NCBI GenBank assembly: GCA_965219385.1 | Contig: CBDCNM010000002.1 | Location: 902,639 to 966,638 of the forward strand | Reading direction: 5' to 3' | Length of the DNA: 64,000 nt | Source of the DNA: Candidatus Latescibacterota bacterium | GTDB taxonomy: Bacteria > Latescibacterota > UBA2968 > UBA8231 | Shown here: positions 1 to 9,769 of the stretch, in pieces | How the letters are laid out: each line of letters begins with the position of its first letter | Numbering within the stretch: the stretch's first letter is position 1 | Translations under genes and position numbers: made by a program | The notes under the pieces: generated by a model | Database searches by the model: none | Seen by the model: the letters and a program-made list of their open reading frames with translations, nothing else | What the model was told of the DNA's origin: nothing

Positions 1-172
1 GTGGGATGTGGACAGCGGCCAACTCAAGGCCATCTTGGAGCATACGGATGATGTCTCTTCCGTGGCGTTTTCTCCGGATGGAACCACCTTGGCCAGTGCC
101 AGTTGGGACGAGACGGTTCGGTTGTGGGATGTGGACAGCGGCCAACAAAAGGCCAGCCTATCAGGCCGTTGA
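1..172 (+). pseudogene. WD40-repeat protein, 3' part, truncated by IS insertion (5' end outside window)
   Basis: Frame starting at base 2 reads [53 protein letters not shown] (classic WD40 repeat), then stops at TGA 170-172 inside the IS end. Not in the ORF track. Confidence 0.85.
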
Positions 173-1576
173 AAAACCAGGGTTTTTGCACAATGCACTG
201 TGGGATAGGACGGCACCGATCTTGAACCTCCATTTGCAAGCAAAGGTCTCGAAAGCACCCAGACCTTTGCTAATGCGATCCCAAGCCCGTTTGAGCCGGT
301 TAGTAACGACGAAAAAGCCCGATATCAGGCCATGGAGACCCCTCGGAGTCCCCTTCCCGGTGATTTTGCGCATCACCAACCCCAGATTAAAAGCGCCGCC
401 ATGAATACACCGGCGTTTATAGATCTTGTCCTGACTGCGCAGGTACGTGCGTCGCAGGCCCCCCGTTTCATAAGCGTGGGCGAAACTGCGTTCCGCGTAC
501 TCAGCGCGAAGCCGTTGCAGGGCGTGGCCACGGACCCCTCGTATGCGACGCCGATTGGCATACACGGCCGCCTTGGCCTGGGGATCATTCTTCCACTGGC
601 GGCGCCCGCGACCGGGTTCGGAAAGGTAGCTGCGGATCTGAGCGCGCTTCAACGTCTTGGCGGTGTAATTGCTGTGATAGCCCTTGTCCGTTACCACTTC
701 GGTGAGCACGGGCGGCGGCGGCCGTCCTTTGTGAGCCGCCTCGGCGACCAGGCTCGCCTCCAGATTCATGGAGGCCTGCAGCAGACTCCAGGGCAGAGAC
801 GCCGTATCGCCCTCGTCAGCGCCGCACACCTGAATCGCTACCAGGGCCTGGGTGTCCAGATCGATCGTATGCTCCGCCTTGTGCGCCAAGTGGGTACGCC
901 CGTCTTTCATCTTGGTAATGCGCGCCTCCGGGTCATGGGGGTGTTGCCAGTCCTGGTTGGAGCCTTTGTGCGCACGCTTCTGGTCGAGCTGGGCCAGATC
1001 CTGCCGCGTCGGCGTCTCGATGCCTTCGGCCTGGGCCAGCCCCTCCAGATAGGTGTGGTAGCTTTCCCCACTGTCGCGCCGCACGATGCGGCGCAGGGCG
1101 GCGTTGGCCTCCAGCGTGGTGGCGTCCACCGCCACTGTCTTCCCCTTGAGCAGGCCTTCCTGGGCCAGCACCTTCAGCACCCAGTTGAAGACCTCCTGAT
1201 GCACCTCCAGCGGCAGGCGCTGACGAATGCGCGACCGGCTCGAATGGTCCGGTGTGGTCTCGGTCAAGGCGTAGCCCAGAAAGTGGCGCAAGGCCAGCGA
1301 ATCGGCGACCCGCCCGTCCATGCCGCGCTCCGAGCCCAAGCCCTCGAAATAGCCGATCATGAGCATGCGGAAATAGACCCCGGGGGCAATACTGGGTCGT
1401 CCCAAGGTCTCCGCATAATAGGGGGCGCAGCGCGCTTCCACGAAGGCATCAAATCCATGCGATGCCAGCAGCTTATTGAGTTGGGCATAAAACGGATGCC
1501 CCGGCGCCTCGGGCAGGTCATGGGTCTGTACCCACATCTCCTGCTGCTGACTTTCTCGACGCTTGCTCATCGACAT
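161..1576 (-). CDS. DDE transposase (IS1182-like: DUF772-type N-terminus plus DDE domain)
   Basis: Motifs [34 protein letters not shown]. Start placed at ATG 1576 behind an AAGGAGG ribosome-binding site. Confidence 0.85.
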   Translation of the reverse strand: MSMSKRRESQQQEMWVQTHDLPEAPGHPFYAQLNKLLASHGFDAFVEARCAPYYAETLGRPSIAPGVYFRMLMIGYFEGLGSERGMDGRVADSLALRHFLGYALTETTPDHSSRSRIRQRLPLEVHQEVFNWVLKVLAQEGLLKGKTVAVDATTLEANAALRRIVRRDSGESYHTYLEGLAQAEGIETPTRQDLAQLDQKRAHKGSNQDWQHPHDPEARITKMKDGRTHLAHKAEHTIDLDTQALVAIQVCGADEGDTASLPWSLLQASMNLEASLVAEAAHKGRPPPPVLTEVVTDKGYHSNYTAKTLKRAQIRSYLSEPGRGRRQWKNDPQAKAAVYANRRRIRGVRGHALQRLRAEYAERSFAHAYETGGLRRTYLRSQDKIYKRRCIHGGAFNLGLVMRKITGKGTPRGLHGLISGFFVVTNRLKRAWDRISKGLGAFETFACKWRFKIGAVLSHSALCKNPGFSTA

Positions 1577-1685
1577 ACAACAACCTCCTTCAGCTATTAC
1601 TAATCTAGAATAGAAAGAATAGACTTGTATGCCAAGTCGCCTATTTTTGATATAGCAGAACTTTTCAGCCTTTTTCAACGGCCTG
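162..1685 (-). mobile_element. Insertion sequence, probably IS1182 family
   Basis: Terminal inverted repeats CAGGCCGTTGAAAAA (162) / TTTTTCAACGGCCTG (ends 1685). Flanks CTAT and CTAG. Single transposase gene. Confidence 0.8.
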
Positions 1686-2804
1686 CTAGGGGATGTTATA
1701 GAGGTCGCCGAGTGACGTGAACTCTTCTACAACTCGTAAGACACCCATGCTCCTAGCAGAGGAGCATCAACCATAACCATGCAGAAATAGGGAGATATGA
1801 TGTCCTGGAATACAGGTCTTGACAAAGATTCATTACGGATCGCAACTACCGAAGCATCGCCATTACGTGTGCTCACTGGCCCAGGAACAGGCAAGACATT
1901 CACTCTTATCAGGCGGGTTGCCCGGCTCCTGGAAAACGGCGTACCCCCGAAGCAAATATTGGCTCTACATTCACCCGCACTGCTGCAGGCGATCTCAGAC
2001 ATGAACTGAAGCGCCTGAACGCCAATGGCGCATCCTCAGTGCGCTCTACCACCATCCATGCACTCTGCTTCAATATACTTAGCCGCAATGAAGTGCTTGC
2101 TATTACAGGACGCGTACCCCGGCCATTGCTTGAGTACGAAAAGCGCTTTCTGTTAGAGGACTTAAAGGACGGGGACTTTGGAGATATTCATCAGCGACGA
2201 AAGCGTCTCAAGGCATTCGAAGCTGCTTGGGCACGACTTCAGAGTGAACAGCCCGGCTGGGCATCTGAGCCTGTAGATCAACGGTTTGAAAAAGATCTGC
2301 GAGAATGGCTTACATTTCACAAGGCGATGTTGATCGGCGAGTTCATTCTGGAGGCTCTGCGTTATTTGCGAAATAACCCTGCTAGCCCTGACTACTCGGC
2401 CTTCTCTCACGTCTTGATTGATGAATACCAGGATTTGAATGCTGCGGAACAAGAGTTCATACAGCTCATTGCCAAAGAATCTCAGTTTACGATAATCGGT
2501 GACGAAGATCAGTCCATCTATTCTTTTAAGCACGCTAATCCTGAAGGAATTGCTAACTTTAAGAACCGGCATCCAGATACAGCAGATGAGAATCTAAACC
2601 TTTGTCGTCGCTGTCCACCAAACATCGTCGAGATAGCCAATCGATTAATTGCCCACAACCAAAATCGTACTAACAATCGCGTCCTAATACCGCAGCCGGG
2701 AACAGAGGATGCCGAATTTCGTGTGGTGCAGTGGCAAAGTATGGAGGAGGAGGCGCAGGGACTCGCCACTTTTATCGACGGTAAGGTACAATCAGGAGAT
2801 ATAA

Positions 2805-3709
2805 GAGGCCCTAACAAAACTCTTTGAGGTACTTCCAACAGATGAGAATACATCCGATGTCGAGAAAGGCTTCATGGAGATCACCTCGTCGCTCCCAGCG
2901 GACTCGAAGCCGACGGAATTGGTGCAACCATGCCAACGTTCGTTCCACCACCCACCGATAGACGCCCAAGCCGCTGCCGTGGGCTTGCCCTCGCCGAGCC
3001 AACACCGAGCCGATGCCCCGCTTACGCAAGGCGCGCCGATGGGCTTGCGAATCATAGGCCCGATCCCCTTGCACCCGATCCGGCCGACGACGCGGGCGGC
3101 CGACCCGACCGGCCACCGGGGGTATGCGATCCACCAACGGCAACAGCTGCGTCACATCATGCCGATGGGCCCCCGTCACCCCCGCCGCCAACGGCACCCC
3201 TTGGGCATCGGTGATTACATGGTGTTTGCTACCGGGTTTGCCGCGGTCCGTCGGATTGGGACCGGTGTGCGCCCCCCCCCAACCGCCCGCACCGAGGCAC
3301 TATCGACCACCGCACGAGACCAATCAATCCGGTCGGCGGCCCTCAGTCGGTTCAACAGGATATGATGGACTCTTTTCCAGACCCCGGCTTGTTGCCAAGC
3401 GTGCAGGCGACGCCAACAGGTCATCCCCGAACCGCACCCCATCTCTTGAGGCAAATACTCCCAAGGGATACCCGTCTTGAGCACAAAGAGAATGCCGGTC
3501 AGCACCCTACGGTTATCCAGCCGAGGCCGCCCCCCTTGGGGGCCAACGGTTACGGGGGGCAAAACCGGTTCAATCAAGGCCCATAACCCATCGTCGAGTA
3601 ACGGCTTGGCCATCAAAAACACCTCCATATCAAGACGGTAGAAGCAATACCGAAGAGGATAAGAATATAATGAAGCCTATACGCGATTCCAAGGTTTTGT
3701 TAGAGACTC
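2805..3709 (-). mobile_element. IS5-family element (IS427 subgroup)
   Basis: Imperfect inverted repeats GAGGCCCTAACAAAAC / GTTTTGTTAGAGACTC, TAA target duplication at 2802-2804 and 3710-3712. Confidence 0.9.
2811..3613 (-). CDS. IS5/IS427 transposase encoded by two overlapping ORFs (probable programmed frameshift at a G9 run, ~3272-3280)
   Basis: ORF1 has LLDDGLWALIEP...GIPWEYLP...VVDS. ORF2 has GDRAYDS and RWVVERTLAWL. The frames overlap at a G9 run. Confidence 0.85.
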
Positions 3710-4045
3710 TAAGACCTGGCGCAGTCCTCGTACTCGCACCACGTCGCCAATTCGGATACGCCATTCGAGACGCACTAAAGGAAAAAGAAATTCAAGCTCA
3801 TAGCTTCTTCCAAGAACAGGAACTAGATGGCGACCCCAAGAAGCTCACCAATTGTCAGACGCAGCAAGCCTTCACACTGCTTACACTGAGCGCAAAACCC
3901 GACGATAATGTCGCGCTTCGCTGTTGGTGCGGTTTTGGCGATGCCAACCTAGCACGAGAACTTTGGAATCTCATCAGAAAACTATGTGTCGATAAAGACC
4001 TCTCGCTCAAAGATACACTTAGTCGTCTTAAAGCCGGGCAGCTAA

Positions 4046-5494
4046 GCTCGACTTTATCCATTTATGTAGCGTACGAGACGGTGTGTATCAAGCGGTTGAG
4101 TAGGCTTCGAGGGATTTTTATCAGGTCGTGTTGGTTGGGCAGGTTGGAAAAAGCCTGCCAGAGCCGTTGTCGGACCCAGGCCACGGCATCGGAAAAGGTG
4201 GGTTTTCGTTTGCCATACCAGGCCGTGGCATGGCAGGGGGAGGCGCTTTTGGGGGCCAGCCGATTGGCGATGAGGGCGACCAGACTAAACAAGGCCAAGA
4301 TGACCGGCGTGGTCCGGGCAATGGCCCGCTCATTCCATTGGCGTTGGGTTTCCATGCCCAGATGGGCGCGGGCTTCCTCAAAGGTAGTTTCTACCGACCA
4401 GCGTTGGAGAAAATAGGTCAGCATTTGCCGAGGGGACAGACGCACATCGGTCGAGAGCAAGGCTTGGGGCGCGAAGCGGCCGGCCGGGTCTCGGATCAGC
4501 AGCCAGCGGAGGGGCACGGCGGGCAAGCCAGTGTGATACCACAGCGCCGTTTGGCTGTAGGTTTCCACTGTATAGGGGCCGGCGGCATACCACCGGTCCA
4601 GGGTGAGGGGGTGCCAAGGGGTAGTCGGATCGTCCAGGTGCTGCTGGAGGGTGGGCTGCCGGGCGCCTTTGCCGCGGGGGCGTCCCCGCGTGTGCGGCGT
4701 GCGGGTTGGTGGTGGGTCATACAGGGCCGCATCCAACCGCAAGCGGGTAATCAGCCCCACGTGGGGCCGAACCGCGTCGAGAAAGGCCAAGGCGGAGAAG
4801 GTGCTATCGGCGACCACGACCAGCCGGCGGGTGGGCAGCCAGCGCGCTACCAGCTTGAGCATAGTCTGCCCCCGTTGCAACAGGGTGAGGGGGGTGCGCT
4901 GGCGCTGAGTATAGTAGCGGGCCGACGGACACAGCACACTCATAAAGGGTAAGGCCCAACTTCGATCCGCCCAAGGGATAGGCGCTACCAGCATCAACGA
5001 CAGCCAGCGCAAGCCGCTAGCCTTGACCAGGTGGGGCCCACTCGAGCGGACGGGATCCCGGTAGATGCCTCGGGCCCCAATCTGGGCGCCCCGGCGCCGC
5101 TCGATGGTCTCATCCAGGCCCAGGACCAGGGGCCCGTGGGGGGCAAAGGCGGCCACCAACGCCTGGAGGAGTAGCTTACTGCCGGCCAGGGGCGACCACA
5201 CACAGCGGTTGAGGATCCGGTGGTAGGTTTGAAAGGTAGGCTGTTGGCTCAAGCCCAACACCTCCAACACGGCGCTGACCGTGCGTTTACCCGGGGCTAA
5301 CAGCGCCCCGACCAACAGCGTCTGAGCCTGCGGCCAAACGCGGCTCGAAAAAAGGGGGGCAAAGGGCGACAAAATCGTTATTATATCCTTCGGCAGGGGG
5401 CTCATCGGTTTCTCCTGGGCTGTCGATGCTTGGATACCATCAACAGTACGGAGGATACCGGCCTCCTGCCATGCGCGTTTGGAAAAAGTCGAGC
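4046..5494 (-). mobile_element. IS701-like insertion sequence (full-length)
   Basis: Inverted repeats GCTCGACTTTATCCA (4046-4060) / TGGAAAAAGTCGAGC (5480-5494) enclose one transposase gene. Confidence 0.75.
4062..5405 (-). CDS. DDE transposase (IS701/IS4-superfamily type)
   Basis: 447 aa with LGLDET, VVADS and RWSVETTFEEARAHLG catalytic signatures. Confidence 0.85.
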   Translation of the reverse strand: MSPLPKDIITILSPFAPLFSSRVWPQAQTLLVGALLAPGKRTVSAVLEVLGLSQQPTFQTYHRILNRCVWSPLAGSKLLLQALVAAFAPHGPLVLGLDETIERRRGAQIGARGIYRDPVRSSGPHLVKASGLRWLSLMLVAPIPWADRSWALPFMSVLCPSARYYTQRQRTPLTLLQRGQTMLKLVARWLPTRRLVVVADSTFSALAFLDAVRPHVGLITRLRLDAALYDPPPTRTPHTRGRPRGKGARQPTLQQHLDDPTTPWHPLTLDRWYAAGPYTVETYSQTALWYHTGLPAVPLRWLLIRDPAGRFAPQALLSTDVRLSPRQMLTYFLQRWSVETTFEEARAHLGMETQRQWNERAIARTTPVILALFSLVALIANRLAPKSASPCHATAWYGKRKPTFSDAVAWVRQRLWQAFSNLPNQHDLIKIPRSLLNRLIHTVSYAT

Positions 5495-5673
5495 CCCTTC
5501 AGGTTTCGAGCAAGCTCCGCCCCCTCGACGAAAGGCACCCCAGAGTACGCCCACCCAATATCCGACCGATTGGACCGACGCGCAAGGGCAACGCCTCCAA
5601 CCACTGGGGCCTTTAGCCTAAGGCAGCCCGGGGGTCCGGGGAGTCCTCCCTGGAACCGACGCCCCGTCCTTAA
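5495..5673 (-). other. Structured ~180-nt non-coding segment X, copy 1
   Basis: Lies outside the inverted repeats of both flanking IS elements and contains several nested stems. Identical to 8515-8693 in reverse complement. Confidence 0.6.
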
Positions 5674-6603
5674 GAAGCCGTCTGAAAACTCTAATTTTCA
5701 TTTGATTCGTTTAAGTAGCAAGTGGATCATGGCAATCTGGATCAAGGCTTCACTATGGCGGGTCAAGACCTCATAATCTCGGGCATGTCGGCGAAAATTC
5801 ATCAACCACGCAAACGTGCGCTCGACGACCCACCGGCGTTTAACTACGGTAAATCCGGAGCCTTGTTTGGCGACGACTTCCAAGTCTATTTTGTGCGTCT
5901 TTTTTTGGTTGGCCACCCACGTTCGGATGGCCTCGCCTTGGTAGCCGCCATCAACCCACAGCTTGCGTAACCGAGCCACGCCGGCGGCCTTCAAGCGGGT
6001 CAACACCTGCTTCAAACCCTCTCGATCCTCGACATCGGCGGCGGTGACCACCACCTGTCGAAGCAAACCCGACGGGTCCACCAACAGATGCCGTTTGCGG
6101 CCTTTGATCTTTTTGCCGGTGTCATAACCGGTTGTTTTACCATGCGTTGCGGTCTTAATCGTCTGACTATCGACTACGCCAGCCGACGGCATCGCAGCCC
6201 GGCCGCTCTGGCGGCGCTCCCTCTTAGTCAGCCGATCCAACACCAGCGGCCAGACCCCTTGCAGGCTCCAGCGACGAAAGTAATCATACACCGTTTTCCA
6301 CGGCCCAAAACAAGCAGGCAACAACGCCCAAGGACACCCCGTCTTGTTCAAATACAAAAGGCCGTTGACAAGCTGGCGTCGATCCCGCGGCGGCCGACCC
6401 GGACCGTGAAGCCGCCAGCGCGGCGCGGGCAGCAACGGTTCGATCCGCTGCCATTGTGCATCGGTTAGATCGGTGGCATATTGCATACGCGGTGTACTCA
6501 TCATACAAGCCTTTCTGTTCAGAGTTTGTGGTGAAACCTGAATATGGCTCGATGAGTACGCCCGTTCAAATGCGGCTACATCAGAGGGTTTTCAGACGGC
6601 TTC
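5674..6603 (-). mobile_element. IS5-family element (IS1031 subgroup), copy 1
   Basis: Perfect 16-bp inverted repeats GAAGCCGTCTGAAAAC, TAA on both sides (5671-5673, 6604-6606). Confidence 0.9.
5698..6504 (-). CDS. IS5-family transposase
   Basis: YATDLTDAQW, TGCPWALLP, VVDSQT, GRKRHLLVD, WVDGGY, RWVVERTFAW. Confidence 0.92.
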   Translation of the reverse strand: MMSTPRMQYATDLTDAQWQRIEPLLPAPRWRLHGPGRPPRDRRQLVNGLLYLNKTGCPWALLPACFGPWKTVYDYFRRWSLQGVWPLVLDRLTKRERRQSGRAAMPSAGVVDSQTIKTATHGKTTGYDTGKKIKGRKRHLLVDPSGLLRQVVVTAADVEDREGLKQVLTRLKAAGVARLRKLWVDGGYQGEAIRTWVANQKKTHKIDLEVVAKQGSGFTVVKRRWVVERTFAWLMNFRRHARDYEVLTRHSEALIQIAMIHLLLKRIK

Positions 6604-7107
6604 TAAAATAATGCCCCCAAGAGTACCGAAAACCAACTTTCGGGCAATTCTCCCCGTTCTCGGCCAAAGACCATCCGGGGTCTCCCTGAATCCGCCAACG
6701 GCGGGGCCAGAATCTACCTGCGTACTGTCTCTGACCGCCGGTCTCAGGGGAAGCGCTGCAACGATCGGCACCTTGACCGCCACGGCGGCCTGCGTACTGT
6801 CACCATTTGCCGGTCCCGGGGAAGGCGGTCCTACCAGGACCAGCGTTTGAATGCGATCCAGGGCGATCACCTCCGGCAACCCATCTACGGTTTGAATCTC
6901 CTGAGACCGGATGCCGGTCCCGCTGCCCATAGACGACCGCAGCAAAGGCTCCCCGTATCGTCCGCCGTGCTGCCTGTCGATCTGGCCGGCCTCCAACACC
7001 TGTCCGGCCCACAGCGCCGCGCCGCCGTCGCTCGCCCAAGCTACAGACCCAGCCCCCATCAGGAGTAGGGACCACGATATACTTACAGCCATCCTATACG
7101 TCATCAT
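6604..7107 (-). pseudogene. Exported hypothetical protein, C-terminally truncated by IS5
   Basis: Signal-peptide-like N-terminus (…LLLMGAGSVAWA-SD) with an AGGAG ribosome-binding site. The frame runs into the IS end and stops at 6592. Confidence 0.55.
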
Positions 7108-7209
7108 TTTTGGCTCCTACCTGACAGAAAACTAGAGAAACTATCCATGTAAGCATTACCGGCCAAGTGCCCTTTGCCAAATCCACAAGCTGGTGTAGTA
7201 CCGGGATAT

Positions 7210-7584
7210 TCAAAAAAATGCACGTGTTGAGTAACTACCAGGAGTCAGTCCCTCTCTCAAGGCGTTATAGGTTCTCAGATCCCTATGATCAAGAAACGCA
7301 AACCTGTTTTCATCAAAGTCGACTTCCCCATCAGGATACCATGTATGTTGGTTGAATCTTATGGCGGCTGGATCGAAAATCGTCAAATCGAGCGGGGCAG
7401 AAGTCACATGCTCGTCTCCGTTTAAGTTATTTACCTCCAACCATATATTCGACGCGGAATCAGCTCCGACGATTTCAACCGGTCCGGGTTCGGTCACGCG
7501 AATGTCTCCCCATTGGCCGCCAGTCTCTTGCGTAAGGACCAATATGGGCGAGAACTTGCGTGCCAACTTGCTTATCCTTTCTAA
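7210..7584 (-). pseudogene. Fragment of a hypothetical protein, 5' end removed by IS5
   Basis: Open frame ERISKLARKFSPILVLTQETGGQWGDIRV... begins directly at the IS boundary and ends at a T7 run. One fewer T would continue as AFFEYPGT. Confidence 0.45.
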
Positions 7585-8514
7585 GAAGCCGTCTGAAAAC
7601 CCTCTGATGTAGCCGCATTTGAACGGGCGTACTCATCGAGCCATATTCAGGTTTCACCACAAACTCTGAACAGAAAGGCTTGTATGATGAGTACACCGCG
7701 TATGCAATATGCCACCGATCTAACCGATGCACAATGGCAGCGGATCGAACCGTTGCTGCCCGCGCCGCGCTGGCGGCTTCACGGTCCGGGTCGGCCGCCG
7801 CGGGATCGACGCCAGCTTGTCAACGGCCTTTTGTATTTGAACAAGACGGGGTGTCCTTGGGCGTTGTTGCCTGCTTGTTTTGGGCCGTGGAAAACGGTGT
7901 ATGATTACTTTCGTCGCTGGAGCCTGCAAGGGGTCTGGCCGCTGGTGTTGGATCGGCTGACTAAGAGGGAGCGCCGCCAGAGCGGCCGGGCTGCGATGCC
8001 GTCGGCTGGCGTAGTCGATAGTCAGACGATTAAGACCGCAACGCATGGTAAAACAACCGGTTATGACACCGGCAAAAAGATCAAAGGCCGCAAACGGCAT
8101 CTGTTGGTGGACCCGTCGGGTTTGCTTCGACAGGTGGTGGTCACCGCCGCCGATGTCGAGGATCGAGAGGGTTTGAAGCAGGTGTTGACCCGCTTGAAGG
8201 CCGCCGGCGTGGCTCGGTTACGCAAGCTGTGGGTTGATGGCGGCTACCAAGGCGAGGCCATCCGAACGTGGGTGGCCAACCAAAAAAAGACGCACAAAAT
8301 AGACTTGGAAGTCGTCGCCAAACAAGGCTCCGGATTTACCGTAGTTAAACGCCGGTGGGTCGTCGAGCGCACGTTTGCGTGGTTGATGAATTTTCGCCGA
8401 CATGCCCGAGATTATGAGGTCTTGACCCGCCATAGTGAAGCCTTGATCCAGATTGCCATGATCCACTTGCTACTTAAACGAATCAAATGAAAATTAGAGT
8501 TTTCAGACGGCTTC
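7585..8514 (+). mobile_element. IS5-family element (IS1031 subgroup), copy 2
   Basis: Same 16-bp inverted repeats as copy 1. Flanks TAA and TTA. Confidence 0.9.
7684..8490 (+). CDS. IS5-family transposase (identical to 5698-6504)
   Basis: Identical translation in the ORF track. Confidence 0.92.
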   Translation: MMSTPRMQYATDLTDAQWQRIEPLLPAPRWRLHGPGRPPRDRRQLVNGLLYLNKTGCPWALLPACFGPWKTVYDYFRRWSLQGVWPLVLDRLTKRERRQSGRAAMPSAGVVDSQTIKTATHGKTTGYDTGKKIKGRKRHLLVDPSGLLRQVVVTAADVEDREGLKQVLTRLKAAGVARLRKLWVDGGYQGEAIRTWVANQKKTHKIDLEVVAKQGSGFTVVKRRWVVERTFAWLMNFRRHARDYEVLTRHSEALIQIAMIHLLLKRIK

Positions 8515-8693
8515 TTAAGGACGGGGCGTCGGTTCCAGGGAGGACTCCCCGGACCCCCGGGCTGCCTTAGGCTAAAGGCCCCAGTGGTTGGAGGCGTTGC
8601 CCTTGCGCGTCGGTCCAATCGGTCGGATATTGGGTGGGCGTACTCTGGGGTGCCTTTCGTCGAGGGGGCGGAGCTTGCTCGAAACCTGAAGGG
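8515..8693 (+). other. Structured ~180-nt non-coding segment X, copy 2
   Basis: Reverse complement of 5495-5673. Confidence 0.6.
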
Positions 8694-8909
8694 GCTCGAC
8701 TTTTTCCAAACGAAAATGGCAGGAGGCCGCTTAACCCGAACTCACGTTAAAACCCACTTTTTCCGATGCCTTGGCCTGGGTCCGGCAACGGCTCTGGCAG
8801 ACTTTTTACACCTCGCTGAACCAACACGACCTGATAAAAATACCCCGAAGCCTACTCAACCGCTTGATACACACCGTCTCTTACGCTACATAAATGGATA
8901 AAGTCGACC
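8694..8909 (+). mobile_element. Miniature non-autonomous derivative of the IS701-like element
   Basis: Ends GCTCGACTTTTTCCA / TGGATAAAGTCGACC. About 36 bp of left end joined to about 160 bp similar, but not identical, to 4046-4206. Confidence 0.8.
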
Positions 8910-8955
8910 TTAGAAGGTGTAGAGGTTTCACTATCTTTCTTCAGGAGGAGCCAGT

Positions 8956-9732
8956 ATGCGCTTGCAGGATCGCATTGCCATTGTCACAGGAGGAAGCTCG
9001 GGGATTGGGCGGGGAATCAGCCTGGAATTCGCCCGCGAGGGCGCCAGGGTGGTGGTGGCCGATATTCGGGAGGAGCCCAAACGAGGCAAGTACCATGACC
9101 AGGATGTAGTTACGCCTACGGTCGCCGAGATCGAAAAAGAGGGAGGTCAGGGGTATTTTGTCCAGGTGGATATGGGGGATGCGACCTCGGTGGAGAATCT
9201 CATCGAGCGCAGCGTCGAACACTTCGGAGGGCTGGACATCCTGGTAAACAATGCCGGGATCCACATCCCCGGCAACAGCCAGGAGCTGGCTATTGAGGAC
9301 TGGGACCGGGTCCTGAGCGTTGACCTGAAAGGGTTGTTCGTGGCCACCAAGTTCGCCCTGCCTCACATCCGGCAATCCAGGGCCGGTCGCATCATCAATA
9401 TTGCCTCGGTGCACGCCTTTCGCGGTGGGGGAGGGCCGGCTTATGCGCCGGCCAAGGCCGGGGTGGTCAACCTGACCCGCGATACCGCGGTGGAGGTGGC
9501 GGCCAGAGGGATTACGGTCAATGCCATCTGTCCGGGTTATATCGAGACTCCCGTCCAGGACTATCTGACCGAAGAACAGATAGAAGAAGCGCGGCAAAAA
9601 AACCCGCTGCCGCGTTTTGGCCGGCCCCGGGACATTGGCAGGGCCTGTGTGTTTTTTGCCTCGGACGATGCCGAGTGGATCACGGGGACGGCTCTGCCGG
9701 TGGATGGGGGCTGGCTGGCGCCGCTCATGTGA
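8956..9732 (+). CDS. SDR-family oxidoreductase (FabG/glucose dehydrogenase-like)
   Basis: TGGSSGIG, NNAG, YxxxK (YAPAK), VNAICPG, VDGG. AGGAGG ribosome-binding site. Confidence 0.92.
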   Translation: MRLQDRIAIVTGGSSGIGRGISLEFAREGARVVVADIREEPKRGKYHDQDVVTPTVAEIEKEGGQGYFVQVDMGDATSVENLIERSVEHFGGLDILVNNAGIHIPGNSQELAIEDWDRVLSVDLKGLFVATKFALPHIRQSRAGRIINIASVHAFRGGGGPAYAPAKAGVVNLTRDTAVEVAARGITVNAICPGYIETPVQDYLTEEQIEEARQKNPLPRFGRPRDIGRACVFFASDDAEWITGTALPVDGGWLAPLM

Positions 9733-9769
9733 TGACCGCTCCCTGGCCGGTGCCCGGTTGGGCAAAAAA

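Larger units (their letters stand above)
1797..4045 (+). pseudogene. UvrD/PcrA-like SF1 helicase, frameshifted and IS-interrupted
   Basis: Walker A GPGTGKT, TFTRTAA (after a 1-nt frameshift near 1966), TTIHALC, IDEYQD, IGDEDQSIYSF. Removing the IS at 2805-3709 plus one TAA restores ...QSGDIRPGAVLVLAPRRQF... The frame ends at the IS701-like element at 4046. Confidence 0.9.
5476..8712. repeat. 1128-bp inverted repeat (5476-6603 vs 7585-8712) around a ~1 kb core
   Basis: Identical 268-aa transposases and identical shadow ORFs on opposite strands. The non-coding 5476-5673 matches the reverse complement of 8515-8712 base for base. Confidence 0.9.

Noticed and set aside
3670..4416. 248-aa ORF as an independent gene
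   Set aside because: It is a chimera of the IS427 end, a helicase segment and antisense IS701 sequence.
4042..8913. Whole 4046-8909 block as one composite transposon insertion
   Set aside because: The outer flanks are CTAA and TTAG (inverted, not direct), and the helicase frame does not resume after 8909.
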